Of a stretch of 64,000 nucleotides of DNA, positions 1-22,334 are shown in pieces. The DNA is from Chrysomallon squamiferum (lineage: Eukaryota > Animalia > Mollusca): contig CM022667.1 of NCBI GenBank assembly GCA_012295275.1, positions 9,734,001 through 9,798,000 of the forward strand, given 5' to 3'. A program made the translations under genes and the position numbers. Positions within the stretch are counted from its first letter, which is position 1. Each line of letters starts with the position of its first letter. The notes under the pieces were generated by a model. That model was not told the origin of the DNA and did no database searches. It saw nothing but the letters and a program-made list of their open reading frames with translations.

Positions 1-954
1 GGTATGCAGATAAGTAGCTAGACAGATAAATAGGCAGGCAGACAGACAGTATACTATTTTCTTTTTATATATAGAATATGCAGTATGCGCAATGCCTTTA
101 ATGCGTGGTTACTACTGACTTTTAATAAACGAGATCGTAGACTGGACCATTATTAAAATAACGACATTCATAAAGACACCTTCGAGATCATAAACACTCT
201 GTCAGAACATTTTAATACATTAATTATTAAACGGGCAGAGAGGACAAGTTGGAAAAGCACAGTGGTTAATTGGACAGCTTCTCAGTTCGTGTCTGTGACT
301 TCAAACGACTTCAGAATTAATCAAGGAAATGCAGTCCTTTCTTTTCACTGTTGTTTTGTGTAAGAAACACTTGAATTAATATCTGTGAGTTTATCTAACA
401 TCATCAGCAAGTGTGTGTACACGAAAGGCCTGCTTGAACATTTATTTTAAGGAAAATGTTTATTATTTTATTTGAAATCACCAGACTCCTATTTTAATCG
501 TATTTTTTCCTTATTTCTTTTCTTTTCTTTCTTTCTATCACTCATTAATTTTTCTTTCTTCCACTCTTGATTTCTTTATTTCTTTACTTTTTTCTTTTAA
601 CCTTCCTTTGTTTCTTTTATTTCTTTTACTTTTTCAATCATTTGGTTCAATCATTTATTCTTTCTTTCTTTCCTTTGTTTGTAACTTTTCTTCTTTTTCT
701 GCTTTCCTCTTTTTCCTTTTATTATTATTATTTTTTTTTATTATTATTTTAATCCTCTTTACTGTCTCCTTTCTTCGTTTTTTCGTTCCTAAAAAACGTT
801 TATATTTATCAATACGTATCCCAGTATCATGGTTCATAACTACTTAGCTTTGATGGATGGAATAAAAATTCGTTTTTCCTGGTTCCCTTTTGGCTCCGAT
901 TTCACCCAGTTCAGCACCTCATTAACTCCGCCAATGTCTTTATGATCGCACTAT

Positions 955-1015
955 GTGTCCTTAGAACTGCATGTCGCTGAGATATTAGTATTGATCAGGA
1001 AGTGCTATATAAATG

Positions 1016-1044
<29 letters not shown>
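955..1044 (+). mobile_element. possible 3' tail of an L2-clade LINE or SINE with poly(A)
   Basis: AAGTGCTATATAAATG (~1000-1015) is followed directly by a 29-nt A run (1016-1044). It resembles the ...GCGCTATATAAAT 3' end of L2-related elements. Recognised by resemblance only; no target-site duplication identified. Confidence 0.25.
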
Positions 1045-1046
<2 letters not shown>

Positions 1047-1276
1047 AAGAAAAAATCGGAAGGAAAAAAGGAATACTTTTTTTTTTTTTTAAATCGCACC
1101 CTTAACACTCAACCCCACCCTAAAAATATCCAACAAGAACCAAAACAAACAAAAGCAAAAGAAAACAAAAGGACCTCGTCGAAAACGTGTATTTAAGATC
1201 GATCTTCCTGCCCGAGACAGGGAAAAATCTTTTTTTTTTTTTTTTTTTTTTAAAAAAGAAAGAAAGGAAGAAAAGA

Positions 1277-1318
<42 letters not shown>

Positions 1319-1697
1319 CATACAGGTACACACAGAATGAAAAAGCAAAAATTTTAAAATTGGTTAGATAAAACTGTACCCACTTCAGATTGTTTGCAGA
1401 CGTTAAAATTACGAAAGAAAAAAAAAAAAAAAAAAAAAGAAAAGCTTTTGAAAAATGATTCTAAGAAATGATGTTGATTTTATTCTTACGTTACGGTTAA
1501 TAAGAAGAAAAATTCTGTTTCTGTGGAAACGGTAGGAAATGATGTCATTGATTTATGAAAATCTGAAAGCAATTTCTCGTGAAAGAATGCTAAATGAAAA
1601 TAAACTAAAAAAAAAAAAAAAAAATGTAAACCGACAAGATCAGCTATTACATTGTTGTTAATGCAATCAATAGCATTATTATTATTATTATTATTAT

Positions 1698-1730
<33 letters not shown>

Positions 1731-2691
1731 CTGTAATAGTAGTAGTAGTAGTAGTGGTAGTAGTAATACTAACAGTAATAGCTGCAGCAGTAGTAGAAAT
1801 AGTGGCAATACTTATAGTGTTGTCAGTAATAATAGATATATATTTATTAAGTAGAGGTATTTGTATTGACAGCAGCAGCACTAGAAATAGCAGTAATAGC
1901 AGTAATTAGTAGTGGTAGTATTCACAGTGGTAGTAAAATATAATAAATAAATAAATAAATATATACATAATAAATAAATATTAAATAATAAATAATAAAC
2001 AAACAAACAAACAAATAAATAAATAAATAAATAAACAAATAAATAAATAAATAAATAAGTATTCCTGAATACGATTAATGATACATTAATTCCAACGAAC
2101 TTCAGTTACCTTAAAAGAAATTTAATAACAAAAAAAGAAGAAAAAAAAAAAAAAGTACGTTTAATCAATTATCTTTCTGTAGAAAAGTTCACTCTAACCT
2201 TATTCATCATATTTATTGTTAATTTTCCTTTCGTTACGAAAACAGGGAAAGATCGGAAAAGCTTGGTTAGAGAATATAAAGATTGGAGTCATTAAGGTCA
2301 AGGGTGGATGTTTAGTTGAATTATTGAATTTCGCATACAATATGAAACGGTTGTTTGTAAGTAAAATTACCAGCAATTGTTATAAACATAATAAACAATG
2401 GTACAGTCGTACGCATTTAGGTATTTGTAGAATGAATGAATAGATGCATTAGTGAATGAAAGGATGAACAAATGAATAAATAAATCACTGAAATAATAAT
2501 AATAAAAAAATACCATTTAAGAAAAAAAAATGAATCAGTGAACGAAAATAATGAAAAGACGAATGAAACAGTGTATGATTGAAGGTTTATTATTTTATAT
2601 TTTGTCTTTGTAAATTTGTCGTACTTGACTGGAAGGGGAAATAACTCTAATTAATTAATTAATTTATTTATTTATTATTATTATTATTATT

Positions 2692-2739
<48 letters not shown>

Positions 2740-3143
2740 ACTATTATTATTATTGTTATTATTAATATTTACTTTTTACTTTGAAAAAAAAATTAAGTAT
2801 GATCAGAAACCTCAGTGGAAAGTGCAGCGCCATCTTGATAAAACGAAGCGCCACCATTAATCTCTTGTTGCAAAGAGCTCGCCATTTTAAGGAGACGAGA
2901 CACATGATTGTAAAACAAGGACAAACAAACCGATAAGTAGATTTTCATCGCTTCAGACAAATGCGAACAGCAGACGACTTAATTTACGAGAGCAGACGAC
3001 CTGCTATCCGATTATTTCGTGTACATTGTTGCCTTTGAACGATCCTAGAAAAACAAGGAAAAAAAAAAGTAAAAGAAATATTAAAAACAACAACACGGCA
3101 CATCAGTAAGAGTATTATTATTATTACTACAACCAATATTCTT

Positions 3144-3174
<31 letters not shown>

Positions 3175-3263
3175 TTATTATTATTATCATACACACTTGA
3201 ACTTATCTCTTCTGAAAGTAAATGCTTTATATATTTGAATTTTTTGTTTTGTTTTGTAGTTAC

Positions 3264-3325
<62 letters not shown>

Positions 3326-3759
3326 TTTGTTCATGTTGTCGTTGTTGTGACTGTTGTTGCTGTTATTATGATTATTATTATTGTGTTGTTGTTGTTGTTG
3401 TGTTGTTATTATTATTATTATTATTATTGTGGTCGATGTTGATGTTATTTCGTACTGAAGCATACTAATTAATTTTGTGTATTATATTATTGGATGTCAT
3501 GTATTTAGTTTTTCTCTCACACACGTTTTAAAACAAAATTGTTTGATATTCCCACTGGAAACATCAATGTGCAACTTCCAGTAAAGAAGAAACGAATAAA
3601 ATGAATTTTATGAAGAAAAAAACAAATCAATTTTGCACACGGTTGTAGTTACTTCCTGTAACGTACCTGGTCTCATACCACAGTTCTAAACAATTAATTA
3701 AAATACTTAAAAAAAAAATAATAATAATAAAAAAAAAATAGAATAATAAAAAAAAAAAA

Positions 3760-3799
<40 letters not shown>

Positions 3800-3858
3800 T
3801 AAAATAAAATAAAATTTAAAAATAAATTTAATTACTTTGTTTTACTGTATTTTAATGA

Positions 3859-3911
<53 letters not shown>

Positions 3912-5213
3912 GTTATTATTATGTTATTATTAATGATTTTTTGATCGTTATTTTATTATATTTAATTTTTTAAAATTAATAAATTTATTTATTTGTCTAT
4001 CTCAAATGCTAACAGAACAAGCGTGTTTTTAAGTCTTACTCTTACTAAGTTAATCATCCAATAATTTCACGTTTTGAACCCCCACACCAATTGTTTTTTT
4101 CTTCACCTTTTTTAATAATTTACTGTCTTCTTATTTTTTATTTCCTTTTCATTTGTGCTCGTGTGCAAGTGTGAATGTGTGTGTATGAACATGTTTAGGA
4201 ATATGTATATGTCTGTGTGAGTATTTATATGTGTATGTCTATAAGTATGTGTGTGTGCGTGAGAATGTGTTTATATATTTTCTTAGTTTAAATTTGCATT
4301 TAAAGGAAATAATATTCCGATTCATTTCTGCTCAGTCCATATTTTACCCCTTCCGTCATATATAAAAGAAAATGAAAAAAGAAAAGCAAGAAAATGATTA
4401 AACTTTAAAGGCCGTGAAAAGTAAAATTCTTATTTATACTCTTTACCTACTGAATTTAACCCTTTACACAAACCAGCTGGAGATAAAAACAACGAAGTAA
4501 TTACCAAACCTACAAACTGATAGATATCACCTTACATTCAAGCTATTTCCTCAAGTTGTTTCCGACAAGAGGGAAACAGCGAAAACTGCTGACACGGGGA
4601 TATTAAATAACGTCAACGTCACGTGCTCATCTTGACGCATTCATTTGACGAAACTCGGAGCTGCCGGATATCGGCGTTTGTCAGATGAGACGTAGATTTA
4701 ATAAATAAATATTCATTATTTAAAAGGATGGGATCAGTTAAAGGCTACAAACAGCGATTGACCTGCTGTTAACACCGGCCCGTGCAGTGCGCAATGTTTC
4801 CAATCAAGACCAGAGGAAACCGTCGACACATAGCAATAACACGTGTGTGCGTTTATACTAAAGTACTTCTGTCTGTCTTTCTGTCTGTCACTCTCTGTGT
4901 GTGTCAGGTTTCTGTCTGTCTCTATTTATATGTATATATGAGAGAGTGAAAGATAGAGAGAGGATATATATATATATATATACACACGCAGACACACACA
5001 CACACACTATATATATATATAAAGACAGATCGACAGTTATGTATATATATATATATAGATAGATAGATATATAGATAGATATAGATAGATAGATAGATAG
5101 ATAGACAAATATATAGAGATAGATAAGTAGGTAGGCAGATAGACAAATAGATATCTAAACAGACAGATAGATTGAAAAATAAAACAGAAATACAATAAAT
5201 GATTGTAAATATA

Positions 5214-5314
<101 letters not shown>

Positions 5315-5817
5315 GGTTTTGTAAAATTATTATTATATATAATAATAATAATAAATAGTTTATAATCCAGAAACCCGACGCGAGTGTTCTACCTAACAGA
5401 CGAAAGTGGGTGGGTGAGTGTGGGGGGATTACTAAGGTCAATGACCACGGTTTATAGTTTCTTTAGCGTCTTGTTTGCTTCTTCTTTTTTTTTTTTTTTT
5501 TTTTTTTTTCGTGTATCTTACAAGGCCAATGCCCGGGTGATATCGGAAACATTTTTTTATCGTGTTTTTTCAGTTATTTTATGAGTCGAATTGAAAACAG
5601 GGCAATAGCAGGATGATATCAGGGAAAGATTGCGAGATGGAGTTACGTTTTTATGGTGTTTTATGACCGAGACGTAAACAGTTTTTAATTATGTAACATG
5701 GGTCTCGTCTGCAAGAAGATTTTCTGTCGAAGATTTAAGAAAACATATAAAATGGTTAAACTAATAATAAAGGGAAAAAAAAAATGTAAGGAAAAACATT
5801 AAATTTGAAAACTAGAT

Positions 5818-5864
<47 letters not shown>

Positions 5865-6441
5865 CATAATCATAATCATAATCATAATAATAATAATAAA
5901 TATAACACATTTCTTAGTAAATAATTGAAAAATTCATAATAAAACTAAATTAAATGAATTAAATAACTAAAATAAAGTAATATAAATATAAAATTTTAAA
6001 ATAAAATAATTTAAAATAAATAAATATTTCTTTATATATATATATTTATCTGTATGTATATAAACAAACATAGCAACAAGAGTATTAATAATTAAATATT
6101 TATGACATTAAGTTACATAACATTAAAAGAAAACAAAAAACAAAAAAAAAAAAGGAAAAAGAAGAAAAAAGAAGAAAGAAAACCAAATGGATAAAAAAAA
6201 AATAAAAAAAATTCCAATCGATACTAGAAACTAAAGAAGAAAATGAGAAAAAGAACCAAATTAAGGACAGCAAGAACATCAAAAGATTTTCCAAAGAAAA
6301 TAATGATCACATTTTGTTTGTCGTACGCGATGGTTGGCAAACGCGTGGACAAACAGACAGGAATGGTGAACACTCCTTGAATAGCGTCGATCTTTCAGAA
6401 TCTGAACTTTTACAGAAAAAAAAGTTTTATATTACAATAAA

Positions 6442-6546
<105 letters not shown>

Positions 6547-8680
6547 GACTCTAGTATATATTTCTTTATGTATGTTTGATTCTGTATGTATGTATAAGTA
6601 TATTTATTGTTGCTTTATTTATCAGTGTTACATTTATAAAACGTTACTAAAAAAAAATAAAAATAAAATAAAAGTAGAAGAAGAAAACCTGTTTCTTTTG
6701 CTGCCCATTCGTCTTAAAATGGCAGCCTTTCCGGATTGTGCTAGTTGTCCTTACAATAGTTCCAGACATTCAATACATTTTTCATGCATGGTTATTTTTA
6801 TATTATAAATAAGAATTACGGACCCCATCCACTTATCGAAAGACAAACAGTACGTGATTGGCTTTCGTTATCGATTAGCAGTAAGTGATATTTCACACAC
6901 GCCCTCTCATAAACAGAGAAGAAAAAAAAAAAACACCACTACGAGTGCTGATAAAACACTCGCAGGACACCAACTGAAACGGGAAGTGTTACGACACTGG
7001 AACTCAGTGCGATCGATCCTGTCATCTTCGACGCTTGACGCAACAATGTCTCGCAGTTTCGCTTCAGCCAGACGTCTACGGGAAGCCCTGGTTTTCCTGA
7101 ACTGGGACAACTCACACGACACCAGCACACTGACCTCGAGAGCAACGGCCGACACAAACCAAGCGCAAAATCACCGCGTAATAACAAGCCTCGACTATGG
7201 ACGGCAGATTAGCTTCGTAATGCAATTTTCCTATCGCAAGATGCACGCTAAACGATCCGTAATTACAAAGACTCCCGATAAAAGACATTCCGGCCAAAGC
7301 CAATTTCAGAAGTGGGGTATATTATAGATAGATGCTAAATCTGATGCACTTAAGAGTTCGATTTCCAATGGGAGAGAGAGGGGGAGGGGGGAGGGAGGCG
7401 TGGTTTCGAACAGACGTCTTTAATAAAAAAAAAGATTAAAAAAAAAAAAAAAAAAATGGCTGCGAGAAGATTTTAGAGGTGTGGTGATGTTATGTGTTCA
7501 AAATAAGATGTTAATGAAGTGAAGTATAAGATTTTAATTATATATTATTAAAAAAAAAAAAAAAAAGAATGATTTTAGTTTATGTCAGCGATAATGATAA
7601 CTGAACTCATCCAAGAATGGCTTAATAATAAACTAGGTCAAAACTGTTTTAATAAAGCTTTAATTTTATGACTATGTTGCTAAACTGGTTTAATTTCAGT
7701 TCTTAACTGCTTCGAAATACAAATAAAATAATAAAAATAAAAATAAAATAAATAAACAACAAGAATAACAACAACAACAACAGCAACAGTAACAATAACA
7801 ATAATAATAATAATAATAATGAGAGAGATAGAGAGATAGGTAGATAGAGAGACAGAGAGAGAGAGAATAAAATATAATCAGAACCATAAATAAATGGAGA
7901 GGCAGAGACAGACACAGATACAGAAAAACAACAACAATAAATTTACCTTCACGTAAAAGAAATAATTTTCAATCAGCAGTTCTTTGTGACGTAATTCTAT
8001 TATTGACGTCATTTTTGTCGTCGGAATATTTCGGATATTTCCGGGATTGTCTGAGAATTAGGAATTGTTAAAAAATACGTTTGAAACATTACTTTATTCA
8101 GTTTCATTACCCATTTGGTATTATAAGGAATGGAGATTCAGTCTTTATAGGTTTTTATAATCTTAATACTGAAAATGTTAAATTGGATGCTTTTTATTAC
8201 GATTCTTCATCAAAATTAGTAAGTTAAAACAGACTTTAATGTAAAATAATAAATAAATAAATAAAAGGAAACAACCGAGCATGATATTTGAAACATTTAG
8301 AATTACACATTTTCTTTTCTGTTGGAATCAGGGCTTTTCTGGAACTGGATAAAACACAGTGAGAGTGCTGTACAATATTATACCCAAGACGAACGATTTG
8401 AGGAATGAATTACAACATGCTCCAACATACACTTTTTTCTTTATTTACTTTTGACCGTTAACAAATTGTCAAGACTGTTAGCTGTATTTTCATTATAGAA
8501 TTATGTGTGTGTGTGTGTGTGTCTTTTTAATTTCGACATATAACAAAAACTATCTATTCATTTATTCAGGATAAACAGTTTGTATTTCAGCGTTAACAAC
8601 TTTACAATCTTCAGTTTATAACAATACTGTAATATTGAAACTACATTAAATAAAAATTTCGATTTTGACAAGTAACCAGT

Positions 8681-15092
<6,412 letters not shown>

Positions 15093-15291
15093 TCTTTCAA
15101 CCACTAACGTTCAAATATTTTCACAACCTCTGCCAAAACTCAAACAAGCATCTCTCTTAATACTTAGTTCCACTTTAATTCCTCATTAAAGCTAAAAGTA
15201 TTCATCTAGCATTACAATGAAACAAAGACCAATCGCAAAATCGTAAGAAATATTACTTGAGTTAGGCATCATTTCCAGTAGGTAGCTAAAT

Positions 15292-15485
15292 CAGGGGCGA
15301 ATCTACTTTGCTTTTAAAAGGGGTGTAGGTTCTGAATTGCTTTATTTCATATATTTTCTACTTAATATTTATTCCTGGATGAGTGTTAAGATACATGTGT
15401 TCAGGATATTAAGGTTCTGGACATGTAAGACACCCCCTGTATCCGCCACCCCCCTATATCCACCGCACCCCCTATATCCGCCGTC
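15292..15485. mobile_element. degenerate MITE (GGCGGATC...GATCCGCC-type termini, PIF/Harbinger-like)
   Basis: The left end CAGGGGCGAATCTA is an imperfect inverted repeat of the right end, where CACCCCCT[G/A]TATCC[G/A]CC occurs three times in tandem (15431-15482). The superfamily is inferred from resemblance of the termini. Confidence 0.4.
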
Positions 15486-17540
15486 AGTACATCACGGTTT
15501 TGTCAAATCGTACTAACAACACATGCTAATATTGAAACAGGGGAGATAATTGTTTCTATAACAATTTGTTAATGAAAATTTTGCCACACTGGGTGTTATC
15601 GTAATTTGAAACTTTCAAGTTGTATTCAAACTGTCATGTCCGGCATTCAAAAAATACAGAGCAATATAATTTTGTGAATTAGAATTTGTGAAGAAATATG
15701 TCGAACGACATTAAACGAAAAAAGAAACAAACCAATCACTCGAAAGGTTAAAGCTATTAAATAATATAACGTATCTCTTATGTTCGTGTGTTGGACAGAA
15801 GTGGACACATAACAGTTATTTGTAAAGCAATTTATATTAATATTCAGTATATCACGACTTTAGAGTTTGCTTTGTAATCTGGATGTTATTCATTAAAGGA
15901 TATTATATCGATTCGTTTGGTAATTCAGAGAAAACTGTTTGATTCGTTATTTGCACTAAGATAAATAAATATTTGTCTACTGTCACATTATCAAATACTA
16001 TGATAATGCTTTGTCAGATTTCAAACGTTATGAAATCTGAGAAATGAAATGAAATGAGCTGATAAACAAGGGAGACAATGGCTGCGTTTTGTTATCGTTA
16101 CAGTTACTTCCCATGTCATTTTTTTGTATGGAATTTGTTAACATGCAACGAAAATAAATATCGAGGAAAAGAGGACAAGATATGTGTGTGTGTGTGTGTG
16201 TTAGTATATGTATATACATACAAACAGAAAAAGCAAATATAGTATGAAATAAATAAACATGATAATAATAATAACGAAGACAATAATAATAATCAATAAT
16301 AATGACAAATAATAATAACAACAACAACAATAATAATAATAATAATAATAATAATCATCATCATCATCATCATCGTCATAAAAAACATACGAATACCCTG
16401 TATATGATTCAATAATCGTATTTGCAAACACCAAAACTAACAACAACAAAAACGACATCGACAACAGCAGCAACAGCAGCAGCAACAACAAAAACAACAT
16501 CAATAATAATAATAAACTCTTATAGCCGCATAGATACTATTAATGATTTTGTCAAATATCTGTCTAGCATCAGCTTCCATTTTGAAATGAAAGCAGACAG
16601 AAAATACTCATACTGAAATAATCTAAACAAACAGACAATGAACACAGTCTTAGAACAAAAACAGAAACCTCAAGGCCACAGCGCTGTTTACAGTTCTAGA
16701 AAACTCACATTCAGACAAAGACACTCAATGAAATACTCCCACAAACACAGACGTACACAAGGCCGAAAGGAAAGAATACAGATACAAATATACATACACA
16801 AGTACACACACACACATACACACATACATAAACATACATACATACATACATACATACATACATAGAGTACATACGTATATACATATATACATTCAAGATA
16901 CATACATAATACATATGTACAAATGTACATCCATTCATTTATACATACGAAATACATACACACACACACACACATATATATACACATAATCATACATGCC
17001 TACACAAATACATAACTATAGACACATACAAATACAAACACACTATAATACATTAAATGTATATAACCTTACGTAAATAGCAGTAACAAAACAACAAAAT
17101 AGTGACAATGATGTTGATAAAAAAATAAGAAACAAGGAAACTAATGCAATACGCTAAGTAAAATTCATCTTTTCAAGGTAAATATTCTGCTGTTGTTGAT
17201 GTTGTTGTTGTTATTAATATTAATACGTGTACGTCTTCGTTGTTTCTGTTGTAAAATGATTCTTGTTGTTAATGCTGTGATTATAATTAGAGGTAGTAGT
17301 AGTAGTAGCAGGGTAACAGTCGTAGCAGCGGTAGAGGTAGTGTTGATATTTTGAGTTGTTTCAGTAATTTCAGTCACCTTGGTATATTATTCGACTTAAC
17401 AAAGGATGTCGAAATTGTCCGAAACATTCCGAATAACAAAATGACGTCAATAATAGAATTACGTCATAAAGACGACAGAAACTGATATAACGCACCGCTG
17501 AAAATTTCAAGGTATTCAATTCGCTGTTTATTATTATTAA

Positions 17541-17629
<89 letters not shown>

Positions 17630-18412
17630 TTGCTGACATTGTTGTTGTTCTATGTACTGGAAAATATTACTGACGTACATCATTTTTTAATAACGTTTCA
17701 CATTTCTTCCGTACTACGGCATATATACGTTTTAAAACTAATGATACGGCCACCAGAGGTTAACAAAATATTGTGCATACATTAACCGACGTCATTGTGA
17801 AGGAGAGTATCAATTTTCATACAAACCCGTTGTTGCTAAAGTAGACAGTTTCATCTTTTTTGACTGGTGATTGACAAGGGATGTGCATAAAAATTTAATG
17901 ATAAGTTTTTAATCAGTTGCGGTGTCGAATCACGTTACATTAAAAATACTAACGACAGAGAGTGACAGTGATAAAACTGATTGTAAACTGAACCGAGCAG
18001 CATAAATCTGCTAGCCTTGAATTTATTATTTATTTATTTATTTATTTTTTGTTTTGTTTTTGTTTGTTTGATTGTTTATTCGTTTTATTTTATCCTATTT
18101 TACTTTTATTATTATTATTGTTATTATTATTTATTTATTTTTGATGATTTCTCAGTAAGTATATCTAATCAGTTTGTCTTCTGTGTCTCTGTCTATCTAT
18201 CTATCTGTCTATCTGTCTATCTATCGATCTGTCTATCTATCTGTCTATCTATCTGTCTATCTATCTGTCTATCTGTCTATCTGTCTATCTGTCTATCTGT
18301 CTATCTATCTATCTATCTATCTATTTTATCTATCTATCTATCAATATTTTTCTTTCTTTCTCAGTTTCTTTCAGTTTGCTTTCTTAATTTGATGGGATTT
18401 TAAAAATTAACT

Positions 18413-18507
<95 letters not shown>

Positions 18508-18741
18508 ATTCTTTCTTCCATTTTTTCTAAATTAAAATTAATTATTTTCTTTTCTTCGATTTATCAATCATTCTTTCTTTCATTCAATCTTCATTAAGTC
18601 TTTCAGATGAACATACCTCTATGATATATTATATATTTTCTCCTGCTGGTTGTTAGTGAAGGAGGAATAATTTCACGCCCATCATACACATGTACGCGCA
18701 TACACATTCATATATATATATATATATATATAAACATATGT

Positions 18742-18787
<46 letters not shown>

Positions 18788-19370
18788 ATATGTACACATA
18801 TATAATATATATGTTTATGTTTGGCTATGAAGTGAACTTCTCTGGCGGATGAAAGGAATTGATCTTGTGACAGTTCAGTTATCAGTTAATGTTTTCCCAT
18901 TAATGAGTTAATTACAGCGACCTTGCACATTAGACCTGCATTCTGAATGTGATACTATCCGATTGTTGATACAAGATACAACATTTCTGAACTGACAGAT
19001 TTATTTAAGTAACATTACCATGATCACGGCCTTGACCGCTTTGTGTTCACTTATAACTGTCACTTTAGATATTAGAAATATTTCTTACTTTAGATATTAG
19101 ATACTTGTTTGTGCAGATTTGTACAGGGATGAGGTGATCTGTGGGTCAGATGGGTTTGTCTCTTTTCTAACCTGTCTCTCTCTCTGTCTGTGTCTGTTTC
19201 TCTGCATGTGTGTCTCTGTCTCTCTGTCTCTGTCTGTTTCTCTCTATGTGTGTCTCTGTCTGTTTGGGTCTGTCTGATTCTCTCTGTCGCTCTGTGTTCT
19301 TCTGCCAAAGGTTACCAAAGTCATTACCATTATTGTTTATACGATTTCGACATAAACAGCAACTATAAAA

Positions 19371-19459
<89 letters not shown>

Positions 19460-19809
19460 GTAATAATAATGATATAATAATCGTAATAATAATAATAATA
19501 ATAGTGATGATGATAATAAATCCATGTTTGTAACAAATGTCGTATGATAGGTCAGGGGAATGATAAGGAGAAAAATAATATGAGCTTTTAATTGAAATTA
19601 ATTACATGTATTTGTAATTGAATACATGTAATGTAGTCAATAGCGTCTGATTATAATCACTGATTAGGTATGTACTTACGTATTTTTGTCACATCTTGTT
19701 TATTTGTGTACGTGTATATTTTATATTTTTAAAACACACACACACACACACACACACACTCTCTCTCTCTCTCTCTAATTTGTCATTACTGAAAAAGGGC
19801 TGATGATCC

Positions 19810-19878
<69 letters not shown>

Positions 19879-20181
19879 TATAATAATGTGTATCGAAAGA
19901 AGTAAATCCTCTATAATCTTTTATAATAATAGATTAGCTTTAATTATGTATTTATCTTTTAATATAGATAGAAAATTAAGTATCTGAAAATATACTAATG
20001 AATTCATGATGTTGGAATTAGCTGCTGGTAAATCTGGAAATAAAACTATAAGTAGGAAGTAGGGAGTGAAAGAAGAAGAAAAGGAAAGAAGGAAAAAAAG
20101 AGTGTTTTTTTTTAAAATTATTATTAAATAACAGCTATGCAGAGTTATTAAACACGAGTATAAAGAATTATAACAGAAGGA

Positions 20182-20281
<100 letters not shown>

Positions 20282-21277
20282 AAGAAAGATGATAACTGTC
20301 CTTGAGAAAATATTAAAGATGGCTGAATGTTATTGATTTCAGAATAAAAGACATCCAATTAATTTCTCTACTACAATATTTGATCTAAGAAATCGAGAAA
20401 AAAAAAGAAAGACAGGTAAAACAACATCCCGACCTTGGATGCCAAATGTGTTTGCTCAGAAATAATAAAAATAACAATAACAATGACATTAATAATAACA
20501 ATAATAACAACAACAACAACAATAATAATAATAATAATAGTTATAATAATAATAGTTATGATAATACTACTACTATTACTACTAATTGCGATAATAATAA
20601 TAAGAATAGTTAATAATAAAAATAGTTGTAATAATAGTTATAATAATAATAAGAAGAAGAAGATGAAGATGAAGGAGAAGAAGAACAACAACAATAACAA
20701 AATAATAATAATTATAATAATGATGATGATGATGATGATGAAGAAAATGACAAAAAGAAACTTTAAAAAACAAAAGAAATAATAATAATAATTAAAAAGA
20801 GAAAAAAATCGAGTAGTTTTGACAAACCACCTAATCAGCAATAACTTCAATGGGAAATAGACCAGTAAAGGGAACTGAAAGGAATAGATCCCAAAACCCC
20901 AAGCGAGAACCGACTGCGCCTTAACTGAAGGTTTCTCCACATCATTAACGATGTCGTGACGGTGTAAATATTTGCACAACATAATTATTCGATTTGCGGT
21001 TTTCTCTCACTTTGATTTCTTAGAAAAATAATCCCAGGCAGTAGAATGATATTTGTTTTACAATCTCCGTTGATTTTGTCATTTTCTTGAACAAACGATG
21101 AGAAAGTACGCGATAAAGAGATTGAAGGAAATAGACAGAAAGAAAGATTGGTTGGTTGATAGATGGATAGGTAGATAGATAGAGAGAATGAACGATAGAA
21201 CGATAGATATGTAGATAGATAGTAAAGACATATACAGACAAACATATCGATAAGTAGACAGTTAGGTGCAGACAGAC

Positions 21278-21316
<39 letters not shown>

Positions 21317-22120
21317 CAGACAAACAGACACTTAGGTAGACAGAAGCAGCCATTGAATAGACAGCTAGCTACATGGATAGATAAAACAACGACAGACAGA
21401 CAGACAGACAGAATGTCCTCGTAGTTAACAGAAAGTAAGTAATTAAATATTTTGTTTGCGAAACACATTACAATTTTACATATACATATATGTACCTGCA
21501 GAATTATGCAGATATTAATAAACACACGCACACACACACACACACACACATAACTCACTCTTACAAAACCTACACAACCAATAATACAAACACAGCAACA
21601 CAGCGCCACAACACACACACAAAAAAAATCACAACACAAAAGATAACAATTCTGTGTTAAATGACAGTCTATTTCGTACTTGCAGAAGCAGATGTCTGAG
21701 AACAACAACAATAACAGAAAAAGACTTTATTTCGTTTTTAATTCTATTTTACAAAACAAATTTGTGTCCTATCCATGGAAGCATAATTCTCACAAAAGCC
21801 AAAACCGTATGAAAGGATGCTCTTAATTATGATATTTACTGTCAAAAAGAGTCTGTGATCGATACTAAACAGAACAGGATACACGTACGAAATGTTTTCA
21901 GAACAGATAAATAATCGGCATTGGACTTTAAGAGAGAAACGTCAGAAATTGTCGTTTATTAAACTACAGTGACCACCAAGGCTGGTGACCATTTTAATAG
22001 TTGCTGTTATCTTTATATTTTATATAAAATCCCTTATATGTTGTGTTAATCTTTGTTATTAATACTACTGATTTATATATATAGGTATATAGAAATAATA
22101 TATAGCAAACAAACTATCGT

Positions 22121-22238
<118 letters not shown>

Positions 22239-22287
22239 AAAACAAAATATCAAAAACATAAATATAGAGTACCACTGTTACCACTGT

Positions 22288-22334
<47 letters not shown>

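Noticed and set aside
6854-7327. 157-aa plus-strand ORF and overlapping minus-strand ORFs
   Set aside because: Non-ATG start, no recognisable family and no exon partners; the open frames are explained by local GC richness.
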